Origin: Candidatus Cloacimonadales bacterium
GTDB taxonomy: Bacteria > Cloacimonadota > Cloacimonadia > Cloacimonadales > JAIOQZ01
Assembly: GCA_963674825.1 (NCBI GenBank)
Contig: OY771587.1
Span: 1,216,001 to 1,280,000 of the forward strand
DNA: 64,000 bases
Direction: 5' to 3'
Each line of letters starts with the position of its first letter. Position 1 is the first letter of the stretch. The position numbers and the translations under genes are program-made. Shown here one piece after another: positions 8,641-18,176 of the stretch. Below the pieces are notes generated by a model. The model was given only the letters and a program-made list of their open reading frames with translations. It was not told where the DNA came from and did no database searches.

Positions 8641-11600
8641 AGCTTTCAGAACAAGCGGTGAATCGTCCGATTTTCACCATCATGGTGGTGCTGATCGTGA
8701 TTATTCTGGGCAGTGTATCGCTGTCGCGGCTGTCCGTTGACCTGATGCCCGACATCACCTACCCCACGCTCAGTATCTCAACAACCTACGAAAACGCTAG
8801 TCCGCAAGAAATCGAAGAGCTGATAACCCGCCCTATCGAAGAGGCTGTCAGCGCTGTTCCGGGTGTGGAAGACATTACTTCGACTTCATCCGAAGGCAGC
8901 AGCAATGTCCGCATCACATTCAACTGGGGTACCGATCTCGATACTGCTTCCAACGACATCCGCGACCGGCTCGATCGCGTGATTTCAAATCTCCCGGACG
9001 AAGCCAGCAGACCAAGCCTCCGCAAGTTCGATCTCGCGGCTTTCCCGGTGATGTTGCTGGGTGCATCAGGTAATCTCGACCCGATCCAGATGCGCAAAAT
9101 TATCGACGAGCAGATCAAGTATCGCCTCGAACGCGTTCCCGGTGTTGCATCGATGGATGTCTGGGGTGGGCTCGATCGTGAAATCCATGTTTACATCAAC
9201 CCCGAGAAAATCAAAGCGCTGCGTATCACGCTCAATACCGTGCTGGATCGCATCAGATCCGGGAATATCAACCTCCCGGCCGGTACGGTAACACGCGGTA
9301 ACTACGAAGTGACCATCCGTACTCCGGGTGAATACGAGAACCTGGACGATCTGCGCCACACGACCATTATGGAACGCAACGGCAGCACGATCACACTCGA
9401 CGATATCGCCGAAGTGGAAGACTCATGGGAAAAAGTAACCCGCATCGTGCGTATCAACGGAAAACCAGGTATCCGGTTGGCGGTGAACAAGCAATCCGGC
9501 GCTAACACGGTGAAGGTCGCCAATGGTGTTCTGGATGAGCTCGAAAAAGTTTCGCAAGAAATCCCGCAAGTCCAGCTTGTTCCCATCATGGACTCATCCG
9601 AATACATCAAGCGCTCGATTTCCAATGTTGCCACTTCAGCAGTGATGGGCAGTATTCTGGCGATTCTGGTGCTTCTATTCTTCCTCCGTAACGTCCGCAG
9701 TACATTTATTATCGGTACCGCAATTCCTGTCTCTGTTATCGCCACATTCGGCTTAATCTATTTTGGTAATTTCACCCTTAACCTGATGACCCTCGGCGGT
9801 CTTGCACTGGGTATCGGTATGTTGGTGGATAACTCAATTGTTGTACTGGAAAACATCTACCGACTCCGCGAGAAAGGGATGAGTAAAAAAGAAGCCGCGA
9901 TCCAGGGGAGCAAAGAAGTCAGCTCCGCGATTATCGCATCGACGCTGACAACACTGGCTGTTTTCCTGCCACTGATTTTCATGCAGGGGATGTCTGGCGT
10001 GATGTTTCGACAGCTATCGTACGTGGTAAGCTTCTCGCTCATCTGCTCCATGTTCACCGCTTTGACTCTGATCCCCATGCTTGCCGGGAAACTGCTTGAG
10101 CCCAGCCAAATGTACAAGCACAAACCCGGTCTCGTTAAATCGGCATATAACGCCTCGGGAAACTTTTTCACGTGGTTGGAAAACCACTACAAGCGCATCC
10201 TCGATTACGCGCTTCATCACCGCATCCGCACAACCGTTTTCGCGATTCTGCTGCTGTTGGGTAGCTTGCTCTTGATACCGTTTGTGGGAACAGAGCTGAT
10301 GCCTGCATCGGACGAAGGTGAAGTGCGTATCAGCGCAGAAATGGAAGTCGGCACCAAGCTCGAACTGATGGACGAGAAGATGAAGCAGGTCGAGAAGATT
10401 ATCTACGAGCAGGTTCCGGAAATCGAGAATTCCGTTATCAGCGTTGGTGGATCGCACTGGCGCGGTAACCAATCCAACTCCGCCGACTGTCGAATCAATC
10501 TTGTACCAATGTCGCAGCGTAGCCGCTCCAGCGAAGAAGTCGCACAGGCATTGCGCAAAGCGCTGAGCGGAGTCCCCGGCATGACCTTGCGTGTGCGATC
10601 CAATTCGGGACTATTCATTTTCCGGCGTATGGCAAGCAGCACAGATCAGATTGGTATCGAGATTCGAGGACATGATCTTGATATCGCGTTAAAGCTGGCA
10701 GAGGAAGTCAAGAAGGCGATCCGTGACGTCGATGGCATCACGGATGCACAGCTCAGCCGCGACACAGGAACGCCTGAAGAGCTTATCGTGGTCGATCGCC
10801 GCAAAGCTGCCGATATGCGCCTGACCGTCAAGCAAGTGGCCTCCACGCTGCAAACCGTCCTTTCCGGTTCCACAGCCGGTAATTACCGCGAAGGAGGCGA
10901 CGAATATGCCATCCGTGTGCAGGTCAAGGACGCTGACAAGCTTGAGATACGCGATATTCTCGATCTGACTCTGACCAACTCCGATGGTCAGCCTGTTATC
11001 CTGCGCAACGTCGTTCGGCTTGAATCCCGCCGCGGCCCTGTAACCATCGAACGTCACGACCAGGAACGTGTGATCTCCGTTTCCGCCAACATCAGCGGTC
11101 GCGACATGGGCTCGATCATTACCGATATTCAGGCAAAGCTCAAGCAGATTCCGGTACCACGAGATTTCAGCATCCTGCTTACCGGAGACTACGAAGAGCA
11201 GCAAGAGGCTTTCCACGAGCTTCTTTTCGGGTTCGCGCTGGCTCTGTTGCTGGTTTACATGGTGATGGCATGTCAGTACGAATCGCTGCGGGATCCCTTT
11301 GTGGTGATGTTCTCCGTACCGCTGGCAATCGTGGGAGTCGTCCTGATTCTGTTGATCACCGGTACGACGTTCAATATCCAATCCTACATCGGCTGTATCA
11401 TGCTGGGCGGTATTGTGGTGAATAACGCGATCCTTCTGGTAGATACTACCAACCATCTACGACGCAGCGAGAACATGGAAACCTGCGCCGCGATCGAAGA
11501 AGCCGGTAGAAGAAGGCTGCGTCCCATCCTTATGACCGCGTTTACCACCATCCTCGGCCTTACGCCGCTGGCAATCGGCATCGGTGAGGGTGGCGAAGCT

Positions 11601-11714
11601 CAGGCTCCCATGGCACGCGCTGTGATCGGTGGTCTGCTCAGCTCGACCATCATCACCCTGGTGTTCGTTCCAATCGTGTATTCGTGGTTCGAATGGCGAA
11701 AGAAGAAGTGTTGA
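8637..11714 (+). CDS. RND efflux permease, AcrB/AcrD/AcrF family
   Basis: 1025 aa; NRPIFT, GMLVDNSIVVLENIYR, GIVVNNAILLVD, RRLRPILMT; ATGA overlap with the adaptor gene. Confidence 0.95.
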   Translation: MKLSEQAVNRPIFTIMVVLIVIILGSVSLSRLSVDLMPDITYPTLSISTTYENASPQEIEELITRPIEEAVSAVPGVEDITSTSSEGSSNVRITFNWGTDLDTASNDIRDRLDRVISNLPDEASRPSLRKFDLAAFPVMLLGASGNLDPIQMRKIIDEQIKYRLERVPGVASMDVWGGLDREIHVYINPEKIKALRITLNTVLDRIRSGNINLPAGTVTRGNYEVTIRTPGEYENLDDLRHTTIMERNGSTITLDDIAEVEDSWEKVTRIVRINGKPGIRLAVNKQSGANTVKVANGVLDELEKVSQEIPQVQLVPIMDSSEYIKRSISNVATSAVMGSILAILVLLFFLRNVRSTFIIGTAIPVSVIATFGLIYFGNFTLNLMTLGGLALGIGMLVDNSIVVLENIYRLREKGMSKKEAAIQGSKEVSSAIIASTLTTLAVFLPLIFMQGMSGVMFRQLSYVVSFSLICSMFTALTLIPMLAGKLLEPSQMYKHKPGLVKSAYNASGNFFTWLENHYKRILDYALHHRIRTTVFAILLLLGSLLLIPFVGTELMPASDEGEVRISAEMEVGTKLELMDEKMKQVEKIIYEQVPEIENSVISVGGSHWRGNQSNSADCRINLVPMSQRSRSSEEVAQALRKALSGVPGMTLRVRSNSGLFIFRRMASSTDQIGIEIRGHDLDIALKLAEEVKKAIRDVDGITDAQLSRDTGTPEELIVVDRRKAADMRLTVKQVASTLQTVLSGSTAGNYREGGDEYAIRVQVKDADKLEIRDILDLTLTNSDGQPVILRNVVRLESRRGPVTIERHDQERVISVSANISGRDMGSIITDIQAKLKQIPVPRDFSILLTGDYEEQQEAFHELLFGFALALLLVYMVMACQYESLRDPFVVMFSVPLAIVGVVLILLITGTTFNIQSYIGCIMLGGIVVNNAILLVDTTNHLRRSENMETCAAIEEAGRRRLRPILMTAFTTILGLTPLAIGIGEGGEAQAPMARAVIGGLLSSTIITLVFVPIVYSWFEWRKKKC

Positions 11715-11721
11715 ACTATTG

Positions 11722-11752
11722 AGGGCAGGAGCAATTTCCTGCCCTTTCTTTT
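11722..11752 (+). terminator. Rho-independent terminator of the RND operon
   Basis: AGGGCAGGA-gcaatt-TCCTGCCCT then TTCTTTT. Confidence 0.8.
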
Positions 11753-11924
11753 ATAGGCAAGTTCCCGTGCCTGCCCTTCTCTTTCCCCTTGTCTATGAAA
11801 TCATCTTCTGAATGTGGCGAACGCAGTGAGGCTCTTCCGAATGTTGATTTCATGGGATTTTAAAACCAATGCGGACGAGGACGTCCGCGTACCCAGGGGG
11901 GACTGTAGGGGCAGGTCCCCGTGC
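11753..11924. repeat. Cluster of degenerate REP-like palindromes
   Basis: ATAGGCAAGTTCCCGTGCCTGCCC (11753-11776), GCGGACG-agga-CGTCCGC (11871-11888), GTAGGGGCAGGTCCCCGTGC (11905-11924). Confidence 0.55.
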
Positions 11925-11961
11925 TTACTATTGCTCCATCCACCTTCCCATGGATACATTT

Positions 11962-11990
11962 AAAAAAACCTGCCCTGGAGGAAGGGCAGG
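11962..11990 (-). terminator. Rho-independent terminator with UCCUCC loop
   Basis: Minus strand reads CCTGCCCT-tcctcc-AGGGCAGG-TTTTTTT. Confidence 0.8.
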
Positions 11991-12138
11991 CTGAGGTGGA
12001 GGGTTTCCTATGCTATTATGCTACGCCATTCGCAGAGAGATTCATGCAATCAATGCTCTGGCATTAGTTTATTACGGTTTGCTGTAAGGCAGGAATAATT
12101 GCGGTGTGAATAGCCGATGAACAAATATCGAATAGAAA

Positions 12139-13551
12139 TCAGGATTCTTCGTCGAAAAGAAACATGGGGGTGTCAGCGCTGTACTCTCCCAGATGTGCAT
12201 CCTCAAACTGGCGGTATTTTTTAAGCTGATCATTGATTCGTTGGAGTGAGGCTCGGATTTTCTGAAGCCTTGTGGTAGCCTTTTCACCGGCAGATTCGAT
12301 CGTCCCCTCCAGTAAGTCGAGATTACCCTGGATGACCATTAAGGGCTGGTTCAGCTCATGGTTGGCCGTAACCGCCATGGCATAGATGGAGTTTCGACGC
12401 TCAAGATTACGAATCTCGTTCTGTGCCTCTTCGAGTTGCTTGTTCTTTGCTACAAGTTCCTCGTTGCGCAGGCGATAGACTTCTGTTTCATGTTGCTTGC
12501 GTTCGAGGTCGAACTTAATCTCCAGGTTGTGGAGCCGCTCCATCGTTTGTTTACTTAAAACCTTACTTTTCACTTTGTCGTATTTGATAAAGGATTCCAG
12601 AGTCTTCTCGGAATTGCCAATCTGGGCATACATCCCAGCCTGCATGAAGTAAATCTGCATGATGATGTGTTCTGCGTTGATCTCTTGCGCTTTGACAAGA
12701 CCTCGTTCGAGGTTGTCTTTTGCTTTATCGAATACCTCTTTCATCGAGTAGGTTTGCCCGATATTGGCCAATGCGGTGGCGATCATAGATTCGTAGTTTT
12801 TCCCTTCGGCAATCTCCAGGCATGACTGGTATAGTTCAAGCGCATCATCCAGCCGACCCTGATCTTTTCTCAGCAGCGCCATGGAATTGAGTGTATTGCA
12901 AACGCCGCGTATATCCTCGAGCTGGTAGCAATAGGCAAGTGCCTTCTCGTTATATTCCAGCGCTTTCTCAAATTCCTTCATCTTCCTGCAGGTGACAGAC
13001 ATACCGCTGCAAATCAGACGCTTGTGTTCATCGAAACCATTCCGGTCTCCGATCATCTCCTCGGCTTTGCGGTAGTGCTCCAGCGCAATATCGAGCTTCT
13101 CGTAACTCCGGTACACATTGCCAATGTTGATCAACGTCCCAGCCATACCCTCGATGTTATTGCGCTCGAAGAACACATCGTACGACATATTGTAGTAACG
13201 CAGGCAGTTATCGAAATCACCAATGCCGCGATACGCAATGCCGAACTGGTTGTAGAGCAACGCCAGATCAAGATCCACATTGCCCTCGATCACTTTCTCG
13301 AGGAGTTCATGAAGGATTGGAAGCGCTTCCTTATTGCGATCGCTCGCCATCAAGAGATGCGCCTGCATATCCTTGCATTTCAACTGAACAGAATCGGTAC
13401 GGGCCAGTGATTCGGCTTTATGAAGAGCCTCATAAGCCTCATCCATTCGGCCTTTTTTCGAAAGAAGCTCCACCAGCTTGATCAGCAGACCAGCCTTGCT
13501 GTCGGGATTCCTTTCCGCGTCGATCTGTCGTTGCAATTCCTCGGGCATCAT
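12139..13551 (-). CDS. TPR protein with C-terminal HisKA (DHp) domain but no HATPase
   Basis: Multiple TPRs; coiled coil LEIKFDLERKQHE; H-box AVTANHELNQPL; protein ends about 70 aa after the His. Confidence 0.8.
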   Translation of the reverse strand: MMPEELQRQIDAERNPDSKAGLLIKLVELLSKKGRMDEAYEALHKAESLARTDSVQLKCKDMQAHLLMASDRNKEALPILHELLEKVIEGNVDLDLALLYNQFGIAYRGIGDFDNCLRYYNMSYDVFFERNNIEGMAGTLINIGNVYRSYEKLDIALEHYRKAEEMIGDRNGFDEHKRLICSGMSVTCRKMKEFEKALEYNEKALAYCYQLEDIRGVCNTLNSMALLRKDQGRLDDALELYQSCLEIAEGKNYESMIATALANIGQTYSMKEVFDKAKDNLERGLVKAQEINAEHIIMQIYFMQAGMYAQIGNSEKTLESFIKYDKVKSKVLSKQTMERLHNLEIKFDLERKQHETEVYRLRNEELVAKNKQLEEAQNEIRNLERRNSIYAMAVTANHELNQPLMVIQGNLDLLEGTIESAGEKATTRLQKIRASLQRINDQLKKYRQFEDAHLGEYSADTPMFLFDEES

Positions 13552-13627
13552 CGTTCCTCATTTGACCATTGAAATATGATCATAATACAAGGAACTGACA
13601 ATCCGTCAAGGGGAAATTACAGAAAGA

Positions 13628-15601
13628 TTACGATAGATCAATATCGAAAATCAGCGTCGGAATAATCAGCTTAGAGCGCTTTCCGCCAAGCTTGAGCAGA
13701 TCGGAATATTTCTCCTTTGGTGCAAATGATCGCTTGAATTTACGCGTCTGTTCTATATGTAGATGATTGCCGTCAGCTCGATAGGTTCCCTGTATCTCGC
13801 CAAACTGGTTGGAAAAATTTACATCTTTCAGCTCCGATTGCAAAGTCCAGCCTTCCGGCGCCTGGATATCGATAATCTTTGTATAGACCTCGTCTTCGTA
13901 GATCGCAATGTCGTTTTTACGCTTCTCTGCATCGATCTTATAGCGCTTGATGGATGCCGGTTCAAGGAGGCCGCCAGTCTGCATGATCGCTTCATCCATC
14001 ATGATGGACATCAGGTTATCCACCGTGTATTCGAAGGTAATATAGAGCGGTTCGCGCGGTTTTTCGAGGTTGGTGAGTTCGTATGTAAAATCCTCGACAT
14101 TGATGTTCTTCCAGGTGAGAAAGGTGTCCATCATCTTATCCTGCTCTTCGGCTTCAAGCTCTTCCCAGGTATTCCTTAGCGAATAGGCCGAACCGCCATG
14201 CGCACCCAAGACCTGCTTCACATGCAGCTTACCGTCTTCCTGAATCGTGATCTCATATTCCTCTTCCACGATATTATCGATCGCAGCCGCTTCGGGGAGT
14301 GTGAACTTTTCAGCGTCCTCATACGGTTTCGAGACAACTATCGCCGGCTGCTCCGACAGATCTGAGGGTATCTGGTTCCACTTTAGGTATGCAAAATACG
14401 GGAAGGAATAGTGGTACTCCCCATCAAGCTTTATCCGCAACCCTGGAATCGGGTACTGCTCCAGATCGACAAACGACCGATCGAGATAACCGTACAGCGG
14501 AAGATGGCAGATGATCAACTCGCTCGAGACATCAATCTCAGCCAGCATCAGCTTGGCCACTCCGCAGAATTGATATGGGTTCGCTTCACCAGATCTCAGA
14601 ATCTTGGTTCCGATGTTCTGATTGCCGTTCCATGCCAGTTCGAGGTTATCCTGCAGGTAATTGACAATGTTGCGGATCTGGGCCATCTTCGTCTCTTCGT
14701 TTACCGTCAGACTATCGACGATCTCGTCGAATCGTGTTCCCCAGAAGAATTTCTTACCTTTGTGCGAGGGTACGCTTTCGAGAATCGAGGTGAACAACTC
14801 ATCCCATGTCTGCGACAGATCCAGCGAACCGAGCTTGCTGATCTTGTATTGGATGTATCGACCGCTCTCCCTGCGGTATGGTGAATACGATTCTTTCTCA
14901 TAGGCTTCCAGGTTTTCCATTGTGTACGAGGTAACCACACGGCCAGGATAGACATTCTTCTTGGTTTTGACAAACGGCTCTTCCTCTGCCACTTTCTTCC
15001 GGTAGAATCCGGCGCTCTGCGGGAGATTCATCGTAAACGTGCTCTTCAAACACGGAGATTCTATATCAAGAAAGACCGTGCTGGAAAAATGGTAGTTGTT
15101 TTGCGTGAAATCTTCTCGTATCTGGTATCCTTCCTGAATAATTGCGCCTTTGACAATATTGGGATAGCTAATCTTGTATCGGAGATACCCATTGCTCAGT
15201 CTCTCCAAAATGCAATCATCCCGCGTATAGGCATTGACTGTTCCATCTGGGTAGAGAACGCGAAGATACAGGGATTGCAGCTTCTGGTATCCAGGAAACG
15301 ATAGGGAAAACTGATTGAGGTACTCGTTAGTAGGATCGAGGATGATATATTCGTTTTCAATTGTCTCGAAATAAGCAAAGACTTCCCGATCCATCACAAC
15401 CGTAGATCCATATTCAACGGTTCTGTTGCGAACAGAGAATAATGCATAGTCATCCGGGTATTCGGCAACAAGTGAATCGATTTTTGTACAATCGATTCCG
15501 GGCTCCTGCGGCGGATTTAAAACAACGTAGCTTTTCACCATACAGCCACTGAGCGTCAGCAGCATCACCAATAACAAAAGCGGAAAGTAAAGACGTCTCA
15601 T
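13628..15601 (-). CDS. DUF3857-like/transglutaminase-fold lipoprotein, probably catalytically inactive
   Basis: Lipobox LSGC; VLYPDG, YPNIVKGAII N-domain; C-terminal PEGWTLQS..FSNQFG..RSFAPKEKYSDL; no GDCKD motif. Confidence 0.65.
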   Translation of the reverse strand: MRRLYFPLLLLVMLLTLSGCMVKSYVVLNPPQEPGIDCTKIDSLVAEYPDDYALFSVRNRTVEYGSTVVMDREVFAYFETIENEYIILDPTNEYLNQFSLSFPGYQKLQSLYLRVLYPDGTVNAYTRDDCILERLSNGYLRYKISYPNIVKGAIIQEGYQIREDFTQNNYHFSSTVFLDIESPCLKSTFTMNLPQSAGFYRKKVAEEEPFVKTKKNVYPGRVVTSYTMENLEAYEKESYSPYRRESGRYIQYKISKLGSLDLSQTWDELFTSILESVPSHKGKKFFWGTRFDEIVDSLTVNEETKMAQIRNIVNYLQDNLELAWNGNQNIGTKILRSGEANPYQFCGVAKLMLAEIDVSSELIICHLPLYGYLDRSFVDLEQYPIPGLRIKLDGEYHYSFPYFAYLKWNQIPSDLSEQPAIVVSKPYEDAEKFTLPEAAAIDNIVEEEYEITIQEDGKLHVKQVLGAHGGSAYSLRNTWEELEAEEQDKMMDTFLTWKNINVEDFTYELTNLEKPREPLYITFEYTVDNLMSIMMDEAIMQTGGLLEPASIKRYKIDAEKRKNDIAIYEDEVYTKIIDIQAPEGWTLQSELKDVNFSNQFGEIQGTYRADGNHLHIEQTRKFKRSFAPKEKYSDLLKLGGKRSKLIIPTLIFDIDLS

Positions 15602-17517
15602 TTCATCTCCTTATTGATCGCAAACATTGATTTTCGGTTCTTATCGTATTCCCGAATGCACTGCACCAGCTTGAGGTTGTCATCTCCCTGAAAGATACCC
15701 GGTGCCAGGTAAAGCTCATACGCGGCATGAATCGAACCATTAGCGCTGTGGCACTCGGCGTTGAAATCCCACATCGAATCAGTGATCGACAGGCTGTCGG
15801 AGCCGGCAATATAGCCTGGAGACTGGATATCGATCACAAGACGCCCATGTAACGGATAGCTCGAGTTGATCGGCGCGTCTCCCTCTCGTTTTAAAATCGA
15901 CTGACTGTCGATTGCAAATGGAGTCTTGGGAAGGTACAGCCTTTTGCTCGAAACAGGAACCATTTCGGAGAGTCTCGCCGTCGCATCGAGGATGACCTGC
16001 GTGGAATCGGTATGCTTCAGGTCGAAAAAATCGAATTTCAGGTTAACGAATCGATCACTCAACTCGTTTGCCAGATAATTCTCGAGATCGAGGTCGTTCA
16101 GATGATCCGCAGCGTTGAGAACCATGAGCATGAGCCTGCCATGAAGCACGATCTCCGCACGGGCTTTGTTGAGGGAATCGGCTTTTGCTGTAATAAAAAT
16201 CTCATATGCCGGGCCGGAAAGCGCTCCTTCAATGAGCTGCTCTCTGGGATTTATCTCAGAGAGAATCAGCGCTTTTTTCCCATCCAGAATCTCGGATCTC
16301 AGGTATGTCGAGCAGCCGATGGAAGTTGGATCGAGGAAATATGTTTTTCCGTTATTCTCCCAGTGGCATATCATGTGATCGTACTGAAAGGGGTGTATTC
16401 CATCGAATGGTGGTGCAGGATCGACCGATACCAGTGCCAAGTCGATATTGATGCCGTACATTGACGTCAAATAGCGTAGCAACAGCGACTTATCCTTACA
16501 ATCGCCATACATGTTATTGAGGGTCTTCACTGGCGGATGAGGATAGAAGGAGAAGCCATCCTGATGCTCTGCAACATAGCGTACGTTTCGGCTGATGAAA
16601 TCGAGGAAGAGATTCACCCGATCTTCATCCGTGCTCAAGGAATCTGCTTTGTTCAACAGAGCTGTTACACGGTTTCGCGAGAAAGCGTTCAGAAGCTCCT
16701 TCGATTGATCCGGAGCTTCCACTTTACCAATGAGGCTGTCCGGTATTTCAGGCGTCAGATAGAGGAGCTCTTCCCGCGTAGGAGCACTTCGAGTCATTCG
16801 GCTGAGATACCACTTTGTGAACTTCTCGGGCGTATTGGGTAAGATCGATTCCCCATCACGATAGATCGAAATCATGACGTACCCCAGCATACCCGGAAAA
16901 GGATCATAATCTTCCGCCTCAATAGCCTTTATATTCTCGATCTTGAATGTTGCGGAGTTTCCTTCGCTTTGGATGATCGGCTCGATATTCGGCCTGTTGC
17001 TGAAGAACTGGAAATCAATCGTGCATGACTTGGGAACAAGGACATCGATTTGGATGCGGTTCACATCGCTATCGCCATGTAATGGTACGATTGGTAGATG
17101 GGCGTAGTCACTGTATTCGGTTTTATATTGGATCTCCAGAACATCTCCGATCTCGGGATTGAGCTTTGCGGGAATCGTTACGCGATTGCGTTTGTCGTCG
17201 GAATAGAACACGTCGCTTGAATAGACGCTGCTCCAGTCGATCCTGGCAGTCAGATCTTTATCCTCGAATTTGGCTTTCTGTCGGGTTATCGGATTGTCGG
17301 CCGCTTCGAAGAAATAGAAGGTGCGATAATCGAACGAACGTTCCGTCTGGAAGATATAATCAAGCGTTGTCCAGCATTGAAGCTCGTACGAATCATCATC
17401 AGTCTCATTAAGCTCGAATTCATACAGCTTGTCGATTGCGAAATCCGCCTGTAGAGCATACATGGAGGCGAACCCGAATGTGAAGAACAGAAGTATAAGA
17501 ATAGCGCGAAAGTACAC
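15598..17517 (-). CDS. DUF3857-like transglutaminase-domain protein
   Basis: GTG start, signal peptide; NVRYVA, YGDCKDKSLLL (Cys), FQYDHMI (His), FLDPT (Asp) triad. Confidence 0.8.
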   Translation of the reverse strand: MYFRAILILLFFTFGFASMYALQADFAIDKLYEFELNETDDDSYELQCWTTLDYIFQTERSFDYRTFYFFEAADNPITRQKAKFEDKDLTARIDWSSVYSSDVFYSDDKRNRVTIPAKLNPEIGDVLEIQYKTEYSDYAHLPIVPLHGDSDVNRIQIDVLVPKSCTIDFQFFSNRPNIEPIIQSEGNSATFKIENIKAIEAEDYDPFPGMLGYVMISIYRDGESILPNTPEKFTKWYLSRMTRSAPTREELLYLTPEIPDSLIGKVEAPDQSKELLNAFSRNRVTALLNKADSLSTDEDRVNLFLDFISRNVRYVAEHQDGFSFYPHPPVKTLNNMYGDCKDKSLLLRYLTSMYGINIDLALVSVDPAPPFDGIHPFQYDHMICHWENNGKTYFLDPTSIGCSTYLRSEILDGKKALILSEINPREQLIEGALSGPAYEIFITAKADSLNKARAEIVLHGRLMLMVLNAADHLNDLDLENYLANELSDRFVNLKFDFFDLKHTDSTQVILDATARLSEMVPVSSKRLYLPKTPFAIDSQSILKREGDAPINSSYPLHGRLVIDIQSPGYIAGSDSLSITDSMWDFNAECHSANGSIHAAYELYLAPGIFQGDDNLKLVQCIREYDKNRKSMFAINKEMK

Positions 17518-17782
17518 AGATCCTCCCTTACGAGATTATGGTGTTCCGGCGCTAAAATAGCCATAAGACAATGAAGCGATCCGGAATTATTGGCCCGACA
17601 ATACATTTGCACATAGCATTTCACCAATATTGATACCGCTCTACAGAATTGACAAGTCTTTTTGCTGTATTTTGGAATACTTGCTCGTGTCAAGCCTTGA
17701 TACTACCCACACCCATCATTAACTAATATTACCCACAAGCAAGCAAGATATCCGCCCAGGCAATAACCGAGAATTGTTTTTA

Positions 17783-17815
17783 TTGACATAATAACATTAT
17801 ACACACTATATGTCA
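17783..17815 (+). promoter_or_regulatory. Promoter with overlapping inverted repeat TGACATA-N18-TATGTCA
   Basis: TTGACA 17783-17788; repeat arms 17784-17790 and 17809-17815. Confidence 0.5.
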
Positions 17816-17835
17816 TCAGGGATTAAGGAGGCGTT

Positions 17836-18057
17836 ATGCCATCTATCTACCAAAAGATATCGTCCGAGAACAAACATGAATTAGAAATGATCATGAGAAA
17901 TCACTTACAAAAACCAATCACGGAAAGAAACATAAGTCTCATGCAAGATCTCTGCTGCCGCTTCCTGAGCAGCCCCTACTATTCGCCACACACGCGCATT
18001 GAATTTGAAAACTATCTCGCGATCTATTCCACCGTGGAGGAATGGGACGAGAAATAA
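17836..18057 (+). CDS. Small hypothetical protein (73 aa)
   Basis: Strong RBS AAGGAGG, own promoter and downstream terminator; no recognised domain. Confidence 0.7.
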   Translation: MPSIYQKISSENKHELEMIMRNHLQKPITERNISLMQDLCCRFLSSPYYSPHTRIEFENYLAIYSTVEEWDEK

Positions 18058-18073
18058 CAGCTAACCGAAGTAG

Positions 18074-18100
18074 AACCGGGTAGAGATACCCGGTTTTCTT
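18074..18100 (+). terminator. Rho-independent terminator
   Basis: AACCGGGTA-gaga-TACCCGGTT then TTCTTT. Confidence 0.75.
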
Positions 18101-18129
18101 TCAGACATTGTTGTGGTGTGGTCAAAAAC

Positions 18130-18163
18130 AAAGAAACCGGACATTTCTGTCCGGTTTCTTTTT
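18130..18163. terminator. Bidirectional terminator
   Basis: AAAGAAACCGGACA-tttc-TGTCCGGTTTCTTT. Confidence 0.8.
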
Positions 18164-18176
18164 ATAAGTATCGAGA

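Noticed and set aside
12016..12045. Minus-strand mini-ORF MNLSANGVA
   Set aside because: No RBS and too short to support
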